Shown here: piece by piece, positions 34,525 through 39,872 of the stretch | How positions within the stretch are numbered: the first letter of the stretch is position 1 | How the letters are laid out: each line of letters opens with the position of its first letter | Source of the DNA: Octopus bimaculoides | Lineage: Eukaryota | Direction of reading: 5' to 3' | Length of the DNA: 39,872 bases | Assembly: GCF_001194135.2 (NCBI RefSeq) | Contig: NC_068986.1 | Span: 53,629,072-53,668,943, forward strand | Translations under genes and position numbers: made by a program | The notes under the pieces: generated by a model | Told to the model about the DNA's origin: nothing | The model's database searches: none | Seen by the model: only the letters and a program-made list of their open reading frames with translations

Positions 34525-35359
34525 GTGGTGTTTGGGTTAAATTTGACAATTTGCATAAAAGGAAAAGAAAACAATATTCCATCCAAAAATAAAAGGATTT
34601 AAAAAAATCAAAAATATCAGCTAGATAATTGCTATAAAGTTTACACAAAGTAGCCGCCCTTAGCTTCCACCACGTCCTTAACGTCTCCGAAACCTGGCGC
34701 ATAAGCTCCTCGCTGTGTCCCTGGGAAGATCTTCGAACACCTCTTTGATCCTGGCTGCTAGCTCGGCCTTGGTGTTGCAGGCAGAGCGGTTGATGTCTTT
34801 CTCAACCGTTTTCCACACATTGTAATTCAACGGATTAGAATTGGAAGAATTAGGAGACCAGAAATCGGCGCTGGGGTAGTCGTATAATTTTTTCGGCAAC
34901 CACTTCTCTTTCCGGAAGAATGGCAAAGAGCCGAAAACTGCTGCCACACACGTGGCCTTCGAGCAGCAACCCTTTCCAACCAGCGTTTAACCATAGTCTC
35001 CAGCAGCTTCGCATAGCCGTCGGAACTGAGCTTAAAGCTCTGTTCAAAAGTGTGGGCGGCATAGCTCACCCTCACTAGAGACACACTCAAAGACCATCAA
35101 GGTTGTGGAGGACTTGGTTTTCGCAGAGCATTGAGCAGCCGTCATGATTTAGCATTTTGATACCCGACACAAATCATCATGACACAGGTAACTCTTTGTC
35201 AATATCCAGATGGCTTGCTACCTTCCATATCGGCCAACTTTTTCTCAACTACAACTTTAATATTTATGCTGTCCTACACCGTTGACTGCTCACCACTACA
35301 TCAAGCTTTTCCTGAAAAAGTTGGACATAAACTTCGTTAAATTTTACCCGAACACCCTA
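34525..35359 (-). mobile_element. Tc1/mariner element, maT (DD37D)-like, internally deleted, both TIRs visible
   Basis: TIRs gtggtgtttgggttaaatttgac (34525-) and gttaaattttacccgaacacccta (to 35359, followed by TA). Peptides WQQFSALCHSSGK / KWLPKKLYDYPSADFWSPNSSNSNPLNYNVWKTVEKDINRSACNTKAELAARIKEVF correspond to WQQDSAPxH...WPPNSPDxNPxDY, with about 37-residue spacing once a frameshift is allowed. Confidence 0.88.
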
Positions 35360-35780
35360 TATATATATATTATCATCACCATTACATTTTTATTTATTAT
35401 TTATCATTAGCTTTAATATATTTTATCTACTAATAACTACAAAGTCTCCAACGCGTTCTTCGACGAAACAAAACGCATTGTGTGGGCCTGTAATGAATCG
35501 TGTTCAAAATTAGTACCAATACTCTACTTTATGCGAAGTAGGTTACCATGTTCCAAAGATATATAATATAATGGGTTTTCTTTTCTTTGGAACATGGTAA
35601 CCTACTTCGCATAAAGTAGAGTATTGATACTAATTTTGAACACGATTCATTAAAGCCACACACAATGCGCTTTGTTTCGTCGAAGAACGCGTTGTGGACT
35701 TCGTAGTTATTAGTAGATAAAATATATTAAAGCTAATGATAAATAATAAATAAAAATGTAATGGTGATGATAATATACAT

Positions 35781-35783
<3 letters not shown>
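35360..35783. repeat. Long foldback inverted repeat (200-bp arms, 24-bp spacer)
   Basis: 35360-35559 versus the reverse complement of 35584-35783: 9 mismatches, no indels (hand alignment). Confidence 0.95.
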
Positions 35784-35841
<58 letters not shown>

Positions 35842-36739
35842 AATAAAAATAAAGAAAAAAGAAAAAATGCAAAATAAGAATAGAGAATGAAATAAATACA
35901 TACGGAAATATACAGAATGTTAAAAGATAGTTATAACGGGGAGTGGGTGGAATTAATGAAATAAAGTTAAAAGGGCATGGGTAGCCAATATAGCCGAAAC
36001 GAAACTATATGAAAATGGATTAGCGACATGTAGTTCGTATTTAGAAACGTGCACTTAGGAACGAGCATAAATGTACACACGCGCATCAACACATGATCAA
36101 CACACGCCTACAGTTATCTACGAGCTCTCAAATATCTTCATGTCACAGATTTTGCATTCAAATATAGCCTAGAGTGAGCGAGCTCTTTATTATGAATCAT
36201 TTTTCTGCTGTACACAGTTCACATCTGCTACTGTTGAAGTAAAACTTGCACTTTCCCATTAATCTTTAATGTTGCAATTCGCAAATTTCTCTTTCAAAAG
36301 AGACATTGATAAAATAGCATGGATCCGGGTGGAGTATGAAGAGAGTAGGAGAAGAAGCTATGAACCTGTTAGTCACGTGTTTTACAAATACACTTAAATA
36401 AGTGGAGGGGTGGATTAGAGAAGAGGTGGAGAAAATGAAATGAAATGGACAGGAGAAAAAGAAATGTACATAGAATTGAAGGGTGAAATAAATGGAAAGC
36501 AGAAGCAGTTTGGAATGGACGGATACGGAAAGGAAAGGACGGAGGCGCGTGAGGGCAGCCTACACTAGTATGTAGAAAATGAAACAAAACGATTACATTA
36601 TAGACATCTGATAACACTAAACTGTTAAATTCATCTTAGTCTTTCCATCAATGTAATGTGATAATATAATCCAACACACACATATATACAAACATATATA
36701 CAAACATATATACACACGTGTACAAGCATACACATATGC

Positions 36740-36812
36740 ATGCATACATACATACATACATACGTACGTACGTACGTACGTACATACATACATACATACA
36801 TACATACATACA
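36740..36812. repeat. (TACA)n/(TACG)n tetranucleotide repeat. Similar (TACA/TATG)n repeats at 23012-23046, 27552-27590, 34066-34098
   Basis: Direct observation. Confidence 0.9.
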
Positions 36813-36821
36813 TAGGCGCAC

Positions 36822-36975
36822 GAACGACGGGCTTCTGCGGTTTCCGTCAACAAAACCCCACTCTCAAGATACATATTATCCGAGACTGTAGCCAGACACA
36901 CAGGCCCAAGCTTCGGTGCAGTCGGATCCTACCTGGAGCCATGTGGTTACAAAATGACCTGCTTATCGAAGCATG
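36822..36975 (-). mobile_element. Degenerate tRNA-SINE 5' half
   Basis: acgacgggcttctgcggtttccgtc...gagccatgtggtt. Confidence 0.65.
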
Positions 36976-37064
36976 GTTACTTGACTTACTCAAAACTGTA
37001 GCTGAAGTTCCCTCAGATGACATTCTATCACCTTAAAAAAGGGGAGGACACTTTCAATAATTTA

Positions 37065-37210
37065 ACCCTAGAGGCATGGTTATGTGGTTTGAGAAGCTTG
37101 CTCTGTAACCAACTGATTTAGGGTTCAATCCAGAACAAGTGTCTTCGACTGTAGTCTTGGGCCCACCAATGCCCTGTGAGTGAATTTGGTAGGCAGAAAC
37201 TGTGTGGAAG
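37065..37210 (+). mobile_element. Degenerate tRNA-SINE 5' half
   Basis: ggcatggttatgtggtttgagaagcttgct...gggttcaatcc...aagtgtcttcgactgtag...gtgagtgaatttggtagg. Confidence 0.7.
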
Positions 37211-37214
37211 TTAA

Positions 37215-37346
37215 GGCGGCGAGCTGGCAGAAACGTTAGCACGCCGGGCGAAATGCTTAGCGGTATTTCGTCTGCCGCTATGTTCTGAGTTCAAATTCCG
37301 TCGAGGTCGACTTTGCCTTTCATCTTTTCGAGGTCGATTAAATAAG
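37215..37346 (+). mobile_element. Young SINE (ggcgagctggcagaa family), truncated by the gap
   Basis: ggcggcgagctggcagaaacgttagcacgccgggcgaaatgcttagcggtatttcg... Confidence 0.92.
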
Positions 37347-38042
37347 NNNNNNNNNNNNNNNNNNNNNNNNNNNNNNNNNNNNNNNNNNNNNNNNNNNNNN
37401 NNNNNNNNNNNNNNNNNNNNNNNNNNNNNNNNNNNNNNNNNNNNNNNNNNNNNNNNNNNNNNNNNNNNNNNNNNNNNNNNNNNNNNNNNNNNNNNNNNNN
37501 NNNNNNNNNNNNNNNNNNNNNNNNNNNNNNNNNNNNNNNNNNNNNNNNNNNNNNNNNNNNNNNNNNNNNNNNNNNNNNNNNNNNNNNNNNNNNNNNNNNN
37601 NNNNNNNNNNNNNNNNNNNNNNNNNNNNNNNNNNNNNNNNNNNNNNNNNNNNNNNNNNNNNNNNNNNNNNNNNNNNNNNNNNNNNNNNNNNNNNNNNNNN
37701 NNNNNNNNNNNNNNNNNNNNNNNNNNNNNNNNNNNNNNNNNNNNNNNNNNNNNNNNNNNNNNNNNNNNNNNNNNNNNNNNNNNNNNNNNNNNNNNNNNNN
37801 NNNNNNNNNNNNNNNNNNNNNNNNNNNNNNNNNNNNNNNNNNNNNNNNNNNNNNNNNNNNNNNNNNNNNNNNNNNNNNNNNNNNNNNNNNNNNNNNNNNN
37901 NNNNNNNNNNNNNNNNNNNNNNNNNNNNNNNNNNNNNNNNNNNNNNNNNNNNNNNNNNNNNNNNNNNNNNNNNNNNNNNNNNNNNNNNNNNNNNNNNNNN
38001 NNNNNNNNNNNNNNNNNNNNNNNNNNNNNNNNNNNNNNNNNN

Positions 38043-38077
<35 letters not shown>

Positions 38078-38547
38078 TGTATGTACTTTATGTACGTGCT
38101 GTTGTATATCATCGCTTGAAAATCAGTGTTGATTTGTTTACGTCTCGGTAGCTCATTGGCTCGGCAAAAGAGAACAATAAAATCAGTATCAGGGTTGAAA
38201 AATCCCAAAATCTGCTCAATCAATGCTAACCGGGGGCTAAATAACAGCAATAGCAGAAGCAACAGCTACCCTCTACTTTCCTCATTATTGAACTATGAAC
38301 TTGAACTTTGCTAATCACGATAATGATAATCGAATATAGCCTCTCGTATCTGTTCTTTGCAGTTGTTTAATTCCAGCTAGTCTCGTCCTATTTTCAGACA
38401 GTATCTAGGACTATATTATGTAGTGTGTTTCTTTTTCTTTTTCTGAAGATTGTAGATTTTGATTTAAGGAAGACTTGGCTGCTCTCGAGTTGTGTGTGTA
38501 CAAGTGTGTATTTATATCCTAGTATATTCCTAGTATATAAGAACAGT

Positions 38548-38915
38548 GGAGATGCAATGGCCCATTGGTTAGGACAGCGGACTCATGGTCATCGGATCGC
38601 GATTTCGATTCCCAGACCGGGCGTTGTGAGTGTTTATTGAGCGAAAACACCTAAAGCAGGGGATGGTGGCGAACCCCCTGCTGTACGCTTTCACCACACC
38701 TTTTCTCTCACTCTTACTTCCTGTTTCTGTTGTGCCTGTAATTCAAAGGGTCAGCCTTGTCACGCTGAATATCCCCGAGAACTACGTTAAGGGTACACGT
38801 GTCTGTGGAGTGCTCAGCCACTTGCACGTTAATTTCACGAGCAGGCTGTTCCATTGATCAGATCAACTGGAACCCTCGACGTCGTAAGCGATGGAGTGCC
38901 AACAAAAACAACAAA
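38548..38915 (+). mobile_element. Full-length tRNA-derived SINE (second family) with (CAA)-rich tail
   Basis: Box A-like tggcccattgg, box B-like gatttcgattcc, body, then tail gtgccaacaaaaacaacaaa. Confidence 0.8.
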
Positions 38916-38928
38916 TATAGGTGCATGT

Positions 38929-39079
38929 TGTTAAGGTTATCTCAACAGATTTTTCTGTAGAAATTATAGCCATCAATTTGTAATATATTATGGTTGCATC
39001 GTCTCGGATACAAAACGTCGTAACAAAATCAGTGCTGGCTATAATTTTTATAGAAAAATCTATAGAGAAAACTTTAACA
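38929..39079. repeat. Palindromic MITE-like inverted repeat (44-bp arms)
   Basis: 38929-38972 versus the reverse complement of 39036-39079: 38/44 identical; the spacer is partly self-complementary. Confidence 0.85.
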
Positions 39080-39607
39080 GGTGATGTTATAGCACTGCTA
39101 ACACAGTAGAACACAGTATTGAATAATAAAGTGTTTTATATACTTTGAAGTATATTATAGTTGTCTAACGAAATACGGTGCCCCTACAAGTCATTGATAA
39201 GTACATGTTGCTGCTTATAGAGGTCATATTTGTGTTCAGATCGATGTTGGTATTTTGATGTCAGGCTTTGTACTTCAGCGTCTATGTACATGTATCAACG
39301 TTTGTTCCTCGATTCTCCTCAAATCTGTGTAATTACATATGTTCATACGTAAATGTCTTGGACAATTATAGTATTCTGCCCTTTTAATTCCATGTACGCT
39401 TTCCCTTTTCCTTCTGAAAATTTCTTTTGCCACGCACATACACACAAGCTTCACACACCTTTCCAGCAGTTCCGAACAAAATTTCTCATTAAAATTTTAT
39501 GTTCTGACCATTGTACTATTCTTTCGAAGTAACATCCTGCCAATTGTAAATAACTATTGAATTATAAATAACGTGCGCGCACACACACACACAGCTAGCT
39601 AGCTAGA

Positions 39608-39665
39608 TAGGTTTCTTTATTAGCCACACAGGGCTCAACACAGAGGGGACAAAATACAAATGTAG
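39608..39665 (-). mobile_element. SINE 3' end fragment
   Basis: ggtttctttattagccacacagggctcaacacagaggggacaa is the reverse complement of a variant of the SINE tail at 11780-11829. Confidence 0.7.
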
Positions 39666-39872
39666 AGTTTTTTCTTTTCGAGGGGTCGAAAACAAAGCAG
39701 AAAAAAAAAACAAAAGTGGGGACAACGATGAAAAAAAACATCGCAAAACGTTTGGGGCATTTACAAAAAATACGAAATAATACAGAAAATTCCCAATAAA
39801 TGGGGAGGTTATCCGTGGAAAGAAAAACTTACGAAAAGACCACGGTAACCTCGGTCCTTAGTGTCACAGTTT

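Noticed and set aside
39349-39413. Possible 65-nt minus-strand exon (EGKGKAYMELKGQNTIIVQDIY)
   Set aside because: Weak polypyrimidine tract, no partner exon and no recognisable homology.

Overview
AT-rich eukaryotic draft-assembly DNA dominated by microsatellites. It has 13 N-gaps totalling about 6.2 kb. The SINE families match ones I recognise from Octopus, so the source is most likely an octopod genome (inference). I found no convincing host protein-coding gene: nearly all long ORFs in the track are gap or microsatellite artefacts. The recognisable coding remnants are all decayed transposons: Tigger/pogo DDE_1 (20.4-21.6 kb), Merlin/ISXO2-like with long TIRs (31.5-32.9 kb), Tc1/mariner maT-like with both TIRs (34.5-35.4 kb), a Penelope-like RT/EN-linker fragment (24.5-24.7 kb), RTE-like LINE 3' ends and a probable solo LTR. 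There are also many SINEs. The most interesting signals are structured-RNA candidates. (1) A type I hammerhead-ribozyme core of the Penelope/retrozyme kind at 22196-22271. (2) An abundant (AAC)n-tailed element without a tRNA head, whose 5' end folds into an HDV-ribozyme-like module and which forms head-to-tail arrays. (3) A 424-bp foldback with 200-bp arms about 95% identical. (4) A 101-nt hairpin whose mismatches are biased towards G-U pairs. All functional claims are hypotheses; nothing was run or searched.
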